Notes: a model not told the origin generated them from the sequence alone. DNA of 64,000 nucleotides from an uncultured archaeon (GCA_938017985.1 CALIKS010000017.1:496-64495); one strand, 5' to 3'. Shown: positions 1 to 9,400, counted from the stretch's first letter. Numbers and translations are program-made.

Positions 1-1
1 A

Positions 2-427
2 TCTCACTGCGCTAAGATACTTGCTGAGAAGATTAGGGGAAGCGAGGTATTAATGACGTCTGAGAGCAAGGGAATACCACTCGTCCACGAGATAGCTGGA
101 CTCCTCAATCATGGCTACTACATTGTCGCGAGAAAAGAGGTGAAATCCTTCATGACTAATCCATTAGTTGTCGAGTGTAGACCAATCACTAGCAAGTCTA
201 CAGTCAAGCTCAGCATCGATGGTAGATACATTCCTAAGCTCAAGGATAAGAAAGTCGCGATAGTTGACGACATCGTCAGCACAAAGGAGACTATGAATGC
301 CCTCGAGGAACTCGCAAAGAAGGCGGGCGCAATAATCTACAAGAAGGTAGCAATACTTGTTGAGGGCGCAACATATGACGATGTAGAGTACCTAGGAATT
401 CTCCCGATATTTAAGAAGACAGCCTAG
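2..427 (+). CDS. phosphoribosyltransferase-family protein (5' end lies outside window)
   Basis: The frame of ORF 53..427 stays open to the window edge. It has a PRPP-binding loop motif VAIVDDIVSTKETM, typical of type I PRTases. Confidence 0.6.
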   Translation, partial: SHCAKILAEKIRGSEVLMTSESKGIPLVHEIAGLLNHGYYIVARKEVKSFMTNPLVVECRPITSKSTVKLSIDGRYIPKLKDKKVAIVDDIVSTKETMNALEELAKKAGAIIYKKVAILVEGATYDDVEYLGILPIFKKTA

Positions 428-562
428 AGTATCAATTCAAAAACATATTTCTATTATCGACCGCATACTCTTATTATAATATTGAGCGATATTTTATAGT
501 AGTGTGTATTCTCCGTAAATGGCCAATCATTAAAAGAGCTGAAGTAAAAATGCCTGCCGCGT

Positions 563-1756
563 ATGCGGCAAGTAAGAATAGTTTCAAGCTGGACACTAGA
601 AGACTCCTGGAAATATGCTGGTAAAGATTGGGGCATAAGCCTGCATAGGGTCTGTTCAAGGACCGGGTCATTTCCACCATCCCTGGCTTACTACTTCATT
701 GAAAGATTCTCAGAGCCGGGCGACGTTGTCTTTGACCCATTCTCCGGGAAGGGAACTGCACCCCTAGAGGCATGCAGGTCGGGAAGAATAGGCATAGGCA
801 ACGACTTGGCGCCCGAGGCATACGTCATCACGCATGCAAAGGTGAGGCCAGTAATGGCTAGGCAGGTCATTGAGTGGGTAGAAAGGAATAGACAGTTCGT
901 AGAGAATTACAGGGGCTGCGATGTTCCTGAGGAGGTCGAGGTCTTCTACAATAAATACACGTTGAGGCAGCTCCTCGCTGTTAGGGAATTATTGATGAAT
1001 GACGATTCCGACCTTGGAATATTCATTAAGGCAGTGATTCTCGGGATTCTGCATGGGTCAAGCTCGCTGAGCCTCTCTGTTAAGTGTTCACATTCATTCT
1101 CGATGGCTCCGAGGTACGTGGAAAAGTCTATTCATAGGCTTGGGCTCAAGAAGCCGAGGCGAAACGTGCTTGACTGCCTACTCGAGAGGACGTCTAGGCT
1201 GATGGATGGATACGTGCCCATGACTAGGGGTAGAGCATTCATGAGAGATGCTAGATGGACAGGACTTGGAGACGAGTCTGTAGACATGATCATAACTTCT
1301 CCTCCATACTTCAATATGCAGACATATGCGTGGGATAACTGGCTGAGACTATGGTTCCTTGGACATGACTACAGGGAGGTGTCCAAGAAGCTCTTCCACA
1401 CAAGCTCAATTAAGAAGTTCAGGGAATTCATTCAAGACGCTTTGAAGGAGATGTTTAGGGTCATGAAGTGGGATAGGCCATGCTTCCTCGTCGTCGGGCT
1501 CGTGAAGCTCAATGGTCAGAAGATAAATATGGCTGAAATAATTGCGCCGATAGCTGAGAAGATAGGATTCTCTCCTGTAAGGATAATCATGGACACGATT
1601 CCACGCGAGAACAAGTACCTCATGTATCTCAGGGAGGACCAGGGAGTCAGCAGAGAAGTAATACTCGAACTACATAAGGGAGTAGCTGCTGAGAGAGACG
1701 TATCGATTGACTGGAAGCGTGGATTACCAGTCGAGAAGAAGGTGATAATGGCGTGA
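563..1756 (+). CDS. DNA methyltransferase (N6-adenine/N4-cytosine type, alpha-like motif order)
   Basis: SAM motif I VVFDPFSGKGT lies at aa 55-65 and catalytic motif IV SPPY at aa 246-249, about 185 aa apart. The HxxxxxFPxxL...GD-V-DPF-G-GT pattern of N4/N6 DNA methylases is placed N-terminally. Confidence 0.8.
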   Translation: MRQVRIVSSWTLEDSWKYAGKDWGISLHRVCSRTGSFPPSLAYYFIERFSEPGDVVFDPFSGKGTAPLEACRSGRIGIGNDLAPEAYVITHAKVRPVMARQVIEWVERNRQFVENYRGCDVPEEVEVFYNKYTLRQLLAVRELLMNDDSDLGIFIKAVILGILHGSSSLSLSVKCSHSFSMAPRYVEKSIHRLGLKKPRRNVLDCLLERTSRLMDGYVPMTRGRAFMRDARWTGLGDESVDMIITSPPYFNMQTYAWDNWLRLWFLGHDYREVSKKLFHTSSIKKFREFIQDALKEMFRVMKWDRPCFLVVGLVKLNGQKINMAEIIAPIAEKIGFSPVRIIMDTIPRENKYLMYLREDQGVSREVILELHKGVAAERDVSIDWKRGLPVEKKVIMA

Positions 1757-2886
1757 TGATAGAGACTCATGGAGAGGTATGTAGAGTCGGATACCTCAGG
1801 CTCATAGCCTCAATCGCTAAGAATAACGACTCGACGAGAGAGCTCAGCCCAGACTTCATTGCCTCGATTCTTGAGGATGCCGTGAAGAAATCCGAGACTA
1901 TTGCCAATCACTCATCCAGGCTAAACATTATTGGCCTCATAAGGAGCAGAGTTGCTGCGCGTAATTATGTTACGCTTGCGCGTGGGTTAAAGATACTAGA
2001 TATTTATGGGAGAGGACTTGACGTTAATGGCATAGTCTATACTTCGCTTAGGAGCGCGTCTAAGTTTGACGCTTTTCTAAAGGGCGAGACCATGCTGACT
2101 CACAGGGACATAGTATCGCTTAACCAAGTCGAGAAATTTTTCTTTCTCTACGTCATAGCGACGCAGGACTTTCTAATGATGCCTGGCCTAATCAAGTGGC
2201 TTAGCGGCCAGTCAAGCCTGACCAGGATGGAGGGCATGAACTACATGATGGAGGAGCTCTATCCACAGGCCCTAAAGATCCTGATGATGACTGCCGGAAA
2301 GAAAAAGAGGGCCGAGCTATCAGCCAAGCTTGAGGAGGCACTCACCTATAGGGAAAGGAGGATGAAGTATCCCTCTAAGACTGAGTGGATAAGGAGCAGC
2401 CTATACGCAAAGTACAGACACATAGCTCCCCCAAGGCTGGAGTGGCTCGTCGACCTAGACCTGCTTGAACGAATGGGGAGAGGAAAGTATGGAGTCTCTG
2501 AGCTTTTAAGAAATTATAAAGATGTGTTTTCTAGGACCTTTAGCTTCTCCCCCACAAGTCTTGCACATCAATTGTTCACGAACATCGCTCCGCTCTACGC
2601 CTCGTATGCGGGGAAGCCCTCTAGACAGACAGTTATTTCAGAGCTTCTCAGCAGTTTTCAGACACTCTCGAATCGTGAGAAGAGGCCAGTGAAGATGCAG
2701 CTCCTCGAGCTAGTCACTAGTTTCAGGCTGCTTGAGAATAACCACTTATCTTCGCCGAGGATTATTCATGAAGCGATAAATAGCTTGGCAGTCGTTTATC
2801 CTGACAGAATCTTCATATCTCCAGGGACAGATGGGGAGCTATACATTACTAAGATAGACCTCAGCTTGAAAGAGATAAGCACGTGA
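1753..2886 (+). CDS. hypothetical protein coupled to the methyltransferase (wHTH-like segment, no recognised family)
   Basis: 377-aa ORF. Its start (GTG 1753 or ATG 1756) overlaps the methylase stop TGA 1754-1756. It has a wHTH-like stretch LEWLVDLDLLERMGRGKYGVS and no clear nuclease motif. Confidence 0.5.
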   Translation: MMIETHGEVCRVGYLRLIASIAKNNDSTRELSPDFIASILEDAVKKSETIANHSSRLNIIGLIRSRVAARNYVTLARGLKILDIYGRGLDVNGIVYTSLRSASKFDAFLKGETMLTHRDIVSLNQVEKFFFLYVIATQDFLMMPGLIKWLSGQSSLTRMEGMNYMMEELYPQALKILMMTAGKKKRAELSAKLEEALTYRERRMKYPSKTEWIRSSLYAKYRHIAPPRLEWLVDLDLLERMGRGKYGVSELLRNYKDVFSRTFSFSPTSLAHQLFTNIAPLYASYAGKPSRQTVISELLSSFQTLSNREKRPVKMQLLELVTSFRLLENNHLSSPRIIHEAINSLAVVYPDRIFISPGTDGELYITKIDLSLKEIST

Positions 2887-2890
2887 CTCT

Positions 2891-3463
2891 CTATTTCTTA
2901 GTTATTGAGCTGTACCAGTTGATGAATTCTCTCAGTGCCTTGGACCTATGCGAGATTGCGTTCTTCTCATCGAGCGACATCTCGGCGAATGTTCTTCCAT
3001 CTCCTTCAAGTGGTATGAATATTGGGTCGAAGCCAAATCCACCAGTGCCTCTAGGCTCGTCTGCTATTATTCCCTCGCATCTCCCAGTAAAGAGGTTGAT
3101 GCCATGTGCATCTGAGATGTAGCATATAACCGAGAGGAAATATGCTGACCTTTGAGATACATTCTTCATGAGCTTTATCAAGCCTATGCATCCAATTCTT
3201 GAATATACATATGAGGAGTATGGTCCAGGAAAGCCGTTGAGACTGTCTATGAAGAGGCCCGAGTCCTCTATGAGTAGGCCGCCTCCATGAAGTTTTGCTG
3301 CCTCAATCGCTGAGTAGGTTGCTATCTCCTCGAGGCTCTCGGACTGTATTTCTGTAAGCTTTGTTCTTATCCATCCAGTATTTATTCCATGACTAGTTAA
3401 TATTTCGTTTATTTCTCTCCATTTTCCCGGGTTGTTCGTCACTACTCGAACGCTAGCCTTCAT
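2891..3463 (-). CDS. non-canonical purine NTP pyrophosphatase (HAM1/RdgB ITPase family)
   Basis: Motifs VTNNPGKWREI, EDSGLFIDSLNGFPGPYS, GFGFDPIF and SHRSKA are characteristic of the ITPase/HAM1 family. Confidence 0.85.
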   Translation of the reverse strand: MKASVRVVTNNPGKWREINEILTSHGINTGWIRTKLTEIQSESLEEIATYSAIEAAKLHGGGLLIEDSGLFIDSLNGFPGPYSSYVYSRIGCIGLIKLMKNVSQRSAYFLSVICYISDAHGINLFTGRCEGIIADEPRGTGGFGFDPIFIPLEGDGRTFAEMSLDEKNAISHRSKALREFINWYSSITKK

Positions 3464-4124
3464 GCCTCAGGCCCCGAGTTACGTATCTTGCACGCTTCCT
3501 TATTTCTAATACTCTTTGATAGACCTGTCTTGCATATTCTATTCCGACTATTGACTCGTAGCCCTTCATGAATCTCTGCATGAAGCTATCAGTAATTGCG
3601 GGGTAGTTTGCCTTGAGGCTTCTCTCGAGTAGGTGGACGTCGATGGCTTGCTCTTCTATTTCTAATGAGAAGCCGCTTAGTCCAAAGTCTATCAATACTG
3701 GTAGACCGTTAGCGACCATGATGTTTGAGGGTACAACGTCTCCGTGATATATTCCTCCCCTATGCATCTTTCCGACTAGTTCTCCAATCTTGGTCGCTAT
3801 TCTCAGTGCTTCTTCAGGCTCGCAGGCCAATATCTCCCTCATATCTCTGCCCTCGATGTATTGCATGTATATTGTGCTCGTGGAGAGCTCTACGTGGATG
3901 ATTGCTGGGCATGAGACTCCGAGCATCTTTGACCTATGCATCACCCTTGCCTCATTGATTGTTCTCTTCCTCCTGATCTCTATGTCTAGGTCTGGGTGAC
4001 GGTAGGGTTTTGGGACTCGTCTCTTCGCGATTAGTAAGAGTCCTCTCCAGATTACTTTGTAGATTACGGCCTCAGCCCCTATCTTTACTAATTCGAGGCT
4101 TAGGAACTCTTCCTGCCCACCCAT
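3453..4124 (-). CDS. bud32: Kae1-associated kinase Bud32 (KEOPS subunit)
   Basis: Small RIO-like kinase with IGAEAVIYK, catalytic loop HGDVVPSNIMV and LIDFGLS. It lies directly downstream of kae1. The preferred start is ATG 4124 (MGGQEEF...) rather than the ORF-track start at 4220. Confidence 0.8.
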   Translation of the reverse strand: MGGQEEFLSLELVKIGAEAVIYKVIWRGLLLIAKRRVPKPYRHPDLDIEIRRKRTINEARVMHRSKMLGVSCPAIIHVELSTSTIYMQYIEGRDMREILACEPEEALRIATKIGELVGKMHRGGIYHGDVVPSNIMVANGLPVLIDFGLSGFSLEIEEQAIDVHLLERSLKANYPAITDSFMQRFMKGYESIVGIEYARQVYQRVLEIRKRARYVTRGLRHEG

Positions 4125-5104
4125 GGTGCTTCTTCCTCGTCTATCCTGAGCCTCGGCCTGACCTTGCTCTGAGAGATATCGATGGTGAGGCCGTGCATAT
4201 GCATTAACAGTCCTGTCCACGCAATCATTGCGCCATTATCGCCTAGAAACTCATCCCTGACGTATAGCTGTCTTGCATCGTGGAGTTTCACCATCTCATC
4301 AATCATCTCTCTCAGCCTCCTACTCCTCGCCAGTCCACCTACAGTCATTATTTCCTTCTTCATCGTCAACGCGAGCGCCCTCTCCAAGACCTCTACCAGC
4401 ATCGAGTATGCAGCCTCAGTTATAGACAATGAAGCGTCTGGAATGCTTACACCAGAGTCGACGAGCTTCTTAGCGGCTGTCAATAGTCCTGAGAATGAGA
4501 CATCCATGCCCTTCACCCTCACCGGCAGCGGATGCAGAGTGGTTCCCTTCCTAGCCTCGAGCTCCGGCGCAGGCATCGGTCCGATACCAGCATATATTCC
4601 GAAGGCGTCTAGACAGTTGCCTGCCGCGATGTCTAGGGTCTCGCCGAATATTCTGTATCTTCCCTCATGGTGGGCGGTTATGAGTGTGTTGCCGCCGGCG
4701 ACGTAGAGCACTAGTGGGTCAGTACCACCACTCACCAGTTTACCAATCTCGATATGAGCAATTCCATGATTAACTGCTACTAGCGGCTTTCCAAGCCTTA
4801 GCGCAAGTGCCCTAGCGATTGTGGCGCCTGTCCTTAGGCATGGGCCCAGTCCAGGCCCGACTGAAAACGCGACAATGTCTATTTCATCGATGCTTATCCC
4901 GGCCTTCTGGATGGCCCGCCTCAGGACTTCGTGTGCGACTTGGGCGTGGTGCTGGGCAGCCTCTCTTGGATGTATGCCTCCACTCGTGGGCCTGTAGGTC
5001 TCAAGCTCGTTTGAGAGTATCTCTCCATCAGATGTTACAATTCCGAAGCCTATCGTATGCGCAGTTGACTCTATGCCTAGGCAGACCCTCGAGTTTCCTA
5101 GCAA
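4100..5104 (-). CDS. kae1: tRNA N6-adenosine threonylcarbamoyltransferase Kae1
   Basis: Kae1/TsaD family motifs are present: LGIESTAHT, VAVNHGIAHIE (metal-binding His pair) and GGLARSRRL. The start codon at 5104 is TTG. Confidence 0.9.
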   Translation of the reverse strand: MLGNSRVCLGIESTAHTIGFGIVTSDGEILSNELETYRPTSGGIHPREAAQHHAQVAHEVLRRAIQKAGISIDEIDIVAFSVGPGLGPCLRTGATIARALALRLGKPLVAVNHGIAHIEIGKLVSGGTDPLVLYVAGGNTLITAHHEGRYRIFGETLDIAAGNCLDAFGIYAGIGPMPAPELEARKGTTLHPLPVRVKGMDVSFSGLLTAAKKLVDSGVSIPDASLSITEAAYSMLVEVLERALALTMKKEIMTVGGLARSRRLREMIDEMVKLHDARQLYVRDEFLGDNGAMIAWTGLLMHMHGLTIDISQSKVRPRLRIDEEEAPWVGRKSS

Positions 5105-5150
5105 ATCTTCTAGCTATAACTCATCTCTACCTACTTATTAATCGTCGCAA

Positions 5151-5813
5151 CTATGTTGCAAGTTTCTGGACATATTTGACCGCTATTTCTTCTGCCTCGA
5201 TGAGTTTACTTCTAGTAATTCCAGGTACGCCGCATACGAGTAGTATTGAGTTGACAGTGCTTAAGGTGACCTTTGAGAGCTCAGAGTCCCTGTATGGATA
5301 TATCGAGAGTATCTTTGAGTCGTCTCTGATCACTACTTCGCCGCCCCTGAGGACTATTGGCCGCTCCATTCCTATGCCGATAAACTCCTCTCCAGGCGAT
5401 GCGAACGAGACAGTTATCTCTCCAGATATCTTCGATGCATCAAACGCGGCCATCGTTACCTCTGACATAATCGAGGCCAAGTTGTAGGCATCTACAAGCG
5501 TGTTTATTCTCGGCAGCTCTTTTCCGAGCAGTATACGCCTCACTAGTGCTTCAGAGGATGGACGCATCTTTGTCGGGTCTATCCCAATCCTCCAGAAGAA
5601 GTCTCTGTAAGCCCTGAATGCCTGAACGTCCTTCAGCGTCTCAAGCGTATACTTATTCCTGACATATTCATAGATTCTTCTCTTCTCCTCCTCGACCCTC
5701 TCGCTGCTCTCCCTAACCTTGACGCCGATCAGAAGCGTGCCTAGAACATCGACACCGGGAAAACTCTCAGCCAGCTTCGAGTCAATAATTATCTCTACTG
5801 GCCTAATCTCCAT
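5151..5813 (-). CDS. B3/B4 tRNA-binding domain protein
   Basis: The pattern RPSSEALVRRILLGKELPRINTLVDAYNLASI resembles the PheT-type B3/4 domain found in stand-alone proteins. Confidence 0.6.
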   Translation of the reverse strand: MEIRPVEIIIDSKLAESFPGVDVLGTLLIGVKVRESSERVEEEKRRIYEYVRNKYTLETLKDVQAFRAYRDFFWRIGIDPTKMRPSSEALVRRILLGKELPRINTLVDAYNLASIMSEVTMAAFDASKISGEITVSFASPGEEFIGIGMERPIVLRGGEVVIRDDSKILSIYPYRDSELSKVTLSTVNSILLVCGVPGITRSKLIEAEEIAVKYVQKLAT

Positions 5814-5814
5814 C

Positions 5815-6348
5815 CTACTTATTAGCCTCCTCGAGCGCCTTTAGGAAGGCTTCTTCAAGCTCCTTACTCAGCGCGACGAGCCTCACAGTATCTACTTGTT
5901 TCCCAGACTCGGCAGCATCAATAATGGCCCTAACCATCTCTCGAGCGGCTATTTTTGGGTCGAGGCCGCCAACACCCGTTCCCATTCCGGGAAAGGCGAT
6001 CTCGCTGAGACCTAACTGATACGCTAGCTCGACCGCCGCCCTCGTAGCCTTGTAGACCTTCTCCGCGTCAGTCTCTCCTGCAGGCATCTCCATCGTCGGT
6101 GCATGTATAACGTAGCTGGCCCTCAGCCTGCCCGCAGTAGTTGCGACTGCCTCTCCAATCTTTATCGGACCCTTACTCATCGCTTCCCTCTCGATTTCTA
6201 TTCCTCCCCTCCTCCTTACCGCGCCGGCCACGCCTCCACCCATGACGAGCCTACAGTTAGCGGGAACGACGATTGCCTCTACTTCTTCCTCAGTTATATC
6301 GCCCCTCTTCACGATGAACTGGACAGGACCGATCCTATAACAACTCAT
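5815..6348 (-). CDS. macro domain protein (ADP-ribose binding/processing)
   Basis: Macro-domain signatures are present: AIVVPANCRLVMGGGVAGAV and FPGMGTGVGG. Confidence 0.8.
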   Translation of the reverse strand: MSCYRIGPVQFIVKRGDITEEEVEAIVVPANCRLVMGGGVAGAVRRRGGIEIEREAMSKGPIKIGEAVATTAGRLRASYVIHAPTMEMPAGETDAEKVYKATRAAVELAYQLGLSEIAFPGMGTGVGGLDPKIAAREMVRAIIDAAESGKQVDTVRLVALSKELEEAFLKALEEANK

Positions 6349-6387
6349 GTGAAATATTTAGGAGTGGGACAAAAATAAAATTATTTT

Positions 6388-7308
6388 CTACTTTGCTGGG
6401 AATGCTTCAGCCATTCTTAGCAGGTAGTTCCAGCGGTCCTCGACGAGCTTCTTGAACCTCTCAAGTAGCTCTGCATTCTCAGGCCTCAGCAAGTAGGCGA
6501 ATCTTCTCTGAGCCTTTATATAGTCCTCGACTGGCCTAGGCTTAGAGACCATGACATTTATCCTGTACCTGCCCTCCTCGATCTCATAGATTGGGAAGAT
6601 CCTTGTCTCGACTGCTAGCTTAGCCATCTTGATGGTCTGATTCGAGTCGAAGTACCATCCCCTGGGGCAGGGCGAGAGGACATGCATGAAGGATGGACCA
6701 TCATAGCTCAATGCCTTCTTAACCTTGTTCGCCAAGTCTCTCCAGAGATGCGGCGAAGCAGTGGCTGCGTACGGTATACCATGAGCAGCGGCAATCGAGA
6801 CGATGTCCTTCTTTGGCTCAAGCTTACCGATGGGAGAAGTAGTAGTCGAGGCGCCGAGAGGAGTAGCGGCAGAACGCTGAATGCCAGTATTCATGTAGGC
6901 CTCATTGTCATAGCAGACGTAGAGCATCTTGTGCCCACGCTCAAGTGCTCCTGAGAGTGCTTGGAAGCCAATGTCGAAGGTTCCTCCGTCTCCTCCCAGA
7001 ACGATTATGTTGTGCCTCTTTCCAAGGCCCTTCCGCTCAAGTACTCTTAGGGCAGCCTCTATTCCAGAAGCCACCGCGGCGGCGTTCTCGAAAGCCACAT
7101 GGACCCAGGGAACCCTCCAGGCCGTGTATGGATACGGCGACGAGACTATCTCGAGACAACCAGTCGGACTGACAACAAGGTATGGAGGCTCAGCTGCGAG
7201 AAGTATCTGTCTAACAGTGACCATCATTCCGCATCCAGCGCAGGCAGAGTGGCCGGGCGATATTCCCTCCCTTCCATAAAGGTCCTCGAGCTTAGCGACC
7301 TGCATCAT
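6388..7308 (-). CDS. porB: 2-oxoacid (pyruvate):ferredoxin oxidoreductase, beta subunit
   Basis: TPP-binding beta-subunit motifs GHSACAGCG and VLGGDGGTFDIG are present. It is the last gene of a gamma-delta-alpha-beta operon. Confidence 0.85.
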   Translation of the reverse strand: MMQVAKLEDLYGREGISPGHSACAGCGMMVTVRQILLAAEPPYLVVSPTGCLEIVSSPYPYTAWRVPWVHVAFENAAAVASGIEAALRVLERKGLGKRHNIIVLGGDGGTFDIGFQALSGALERGHKMLYVCYDNEAYMNTGIQRSAATPLGASTTTSPIGKLEPKKDIVSIAAAHGIPYAATASPHLWRDLANKVKKALSYDGPSFMHVLSPCPRGWYFDSNQTIKMAKLAVETRIFPIYEIEEGRYRINVMVSKPRPVEDYIKAQRRFAYLLRPENAELLERFKKLVEDRWNYLLRMAEAFPAK

Positions 7309-8486
7309 AGCACATCCTCCCTCAGTCCTAAATAGACCTGTCGGCTACGCAGCCGCCTCGCCGCGAGGTCTTCCTTTACCTCTCTTAGGAGATTATCAAT
7401 CATACTCATCGTGGCTTCTCTTCCTCCAAGTCCGTATACTACGCTCACTACTGGAATCCGCAGGTCGGCATCGTATAGCGTTGCCTTGACGTTGGAGGCA
7501 AGTGGAGGTGAAGCCGCGCCTGGGGAGAGCGCTCTATCCATTACTACTAGTACCTCGGAGTTCGAGACGGCGTCCACTATCTCCTTCTTTGGGAATGGAG
7601 AGAATAGTCTTAGACTAACCAGTGATACTCCATCGATCTTCATGTGCTTTATTGTGTGTCTTATCGTTCCAGCGGTGCTGCCCATGCATATCACGCTTAT
7701 TTTCTCGTCCTTCCAGTCGATTCTCATCTTGCCTATTCTTCCACGTTCTTCTGGATAGTTCTTGTAGACGTCCTCGAATACTTCTCCAGCCCTTATGAGT
7801 GCTTTTTCCTGCTCGACCTTACTCTCGAAGTATGCGTTTGGGAGTGCATAGGAGCCAAAGGTGGCTGGCTTCTCATAATCAATTCTCGGCCTCTCCCTGC
7901 GGGGGAGGTATGCCTTGACTAAATTGTCATCCATAATAGCGACCGGCTCATAGCAATGGGACACGACAAACCCGTCAATGTTTACAGCGACTGGAAGAAG
8001 AACATTCGGGTCCTCAGCGAGCCTATATGCCTGTATCACCCTGTCGTAGGCCTCTTGAGCATTCTCACAGAATATCTGTGCCCATCCACAGTCACGCGAG
8101 CCCATCATGTCTGAGTGGTCTCCATGAATGTTGAGCGGCGCCGAGAGCGCCCTGTTGACTACTGCCATAACTATCGGCGTCCTAAGCCCAGCAGCTATGT
8201 ACATTACTTCATGCATCAGCGCCAGTCCTTGGCTTGAGGTAGAGGTGAAGACACGAGCGCCTGCAAGAGAGCCGCCTATACATGCGCTTAGCGCTGAGTG
8301 TTCAGACTCAACTGCTACGTACTCAGCGTCCATCTCTTTTCTAGCGGCGTACTCACTCAGCCTCTCAACTATTATTGTCTGTGGAGTGATTGGATACGCG
8401 GCGATTAGGTCTACGTCGCACTGCTTTACTGATTGCGCTATGGCGTCGTCCCCAGACATGAGCCTAAGCTGTTCCTGCTTGAGCAT
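7305..8486 (-). CDS. porA: 2-oxoacid (pyruvate):ferredoxin oxidoreductase, alpha subunit
   Basis: N-terminal GDDAIAQSVKQCDVDLIAAYPITPQT is typical of POR/VOR alpha subunits. It overlaps porB by 4 nt. Confidence 0.85.
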   Translation of the reverse strand: MLKQEQLRLMSGDDAIAQSVKQCDVDLIAAYPITPQTIIVERLSEYAARKEMDAEYVAVESEHSALSACIGGSLAGARVFTSTSSQGLALMHEVMYIAAGLRTPIVMAVVNRALSAPLNIHGDHSDMMGSRDCGWAQIFCENAQEAYDRVIQAYRLAEDPNVLLPVAVNIDGFVVSHCYEPVAIMDDNLVKAYLPRRERPRIDYEKPATFGSYALPNAYFESKVEQEKALIRAGEVFEDVYKNYPEERGRIGKMRIDWKDEKISVICMGSTAGTIRHTIKHMKIDGVSLVSLRLFSPFPKKEIVDAVSNSEVLVVMDRALSPGAASPPLASNVKATLYDADLRIPVVSVVYGLGGREATMSMIDNLLREVKEDLAARRLRSRQVYLGLREDVL

Positions 8487-8740
8487 TATTCACTCACCAT
8501 TGTTATTGCTTTTCTCGGACACTCCTCGGCGCATATTCCGCATCCCTTGCAGTAGTCATAGTTAATCTCTATGAGACCAGTCGGAGTCTTATAGATGGCA
8601 GGCTCTGGGCAATATACCCAGCAGATTAGACACTTTGTACATTTTGTCTGGTCAATGACTGGTTTCTGGTTCCGCCAGCCGCTCCTCAGCTGGCGCGCCA
8701 TGCTGCCAGGCTCAAGAATTATTCCAGCACTCTTAAGCAT
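8486..8740 (-). CDS. porD: 2-oxoacid:ferredoxin oxidoreductase, delta (ferredoxin-like) subunit
   Basis: It carries two 4Fe-4S motifs, CTKCLICWVYCP and CKGCGICAEECP, and sits between the gamma and alpha subunits. Confidence 0.85.
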   Translation of the reverse strand: MLKSAGIILEPGSMARQLRSGWRNQKPVIDQTKCTKCLICWVYCPEPAIYKTPTGLIEINYDYCKGCGICAEECPRKAITMVSE

Positions 8741-9272
8741 TCTCTCCCTCCCTCCTCACATTTTTTCCCGCAACCGCGACTACTTCTGCGTCCTTCTCGC
8801 CGAACCTGCTCTCTACTATTTCTCGCAGGACGTCTATTGATATTATCCCGCTTACTGATGCCAAGGCGCCGACTATTGCCAAGTTAAGCGACCTAGGCCT
8901 TCCAAGAGACTCTACAACTTGCTTAGCATCAACACTGAATAATTTTATATTTTTTGATTTTATCCCAAGCGGCTGATTAGAGCCTACTACTAATATTCCA
9001 CTATCCTTCATGAGCGGCAATATGTTCTGAGACTCTAGTAGCCTCTTCTCAAATACACCTGCCATGTCATAGTTCTCGACGGGTGCTCTAATCTCTATCG
9101 GCTCATCGGACAGTCTTACGTAGGCCCTCACCGGTGCGCCTGACCTCTCAGGACCAAACTCTGGGAAGGTCTGAACATACATTCCCTGCCTCAATGCTGC
9201 TTCTGCTAGGATTCTTCCTGCAGTCACAACTCCCTGTCCGCCTCGGCCCAAAAACAAAATTTCTAGGAACAT
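8733..9272 (-). CDS. porG: 2-oxoacid:ferredoxin oxidoreductase, gamma subunit
   Basis: A GRGGQG motif follows the start directly (MFLEILFLGRGGQGVV). I prefer ATG 9272; ATG 9305 is the alternative. Confidence 0.8.
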   Translation of the reverse strand: MFLEILFLGRGGQGVVTAGRILAEAALRQGMYVQTFPEFGPERSGAPVRAYVRLSDEPIEIRAPVENYDMAGVFEKRLLESQNILPLMKDSGILVVGSNQPLGIKSKNIKLFSVDAKQVVESLGRPRSLNLAIVGALASVSGIISIDVLREIVESRFGEKDAEVVAVAGKNVRREGENA

Positions 9273-9400
9273 GGAGATATCTCGTAAAAAAGATGCATTA
9301 GCCATATAATTAACGTTAAGTTATGCTCTCAATAATGCGTTGCTTAATGTAGAAGGTTTAGTCCATAGGCTGAATATCTATATATTGTGCCGCTAGGCAT

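Noticed and set aside
4125-4220. 32-aa N-terminal extension of the Bud32 ORF
   Set aside because: It lies inside the kae1 coding sequence in another frame, and Bud32 homologues begin near the glycine-rich loop. ATG 4124 gives the expected N-terminus.
4182-5487. Two long + strand ORFs (174 aa and 222 aa) opposite kae1 and the B3/4 gene
   Set aside because: They are antisense to well-supported genes, have Ser/Leu/Pro/Arg-rich composition, and show no recognisable domains.
8128-8565. 145-aa + strand ORF opposite porA/porD
   Set aside because: It is antisense to conserved oxidoreductase subunits and has Ser/Ala/Cys-rich composition with no motif.
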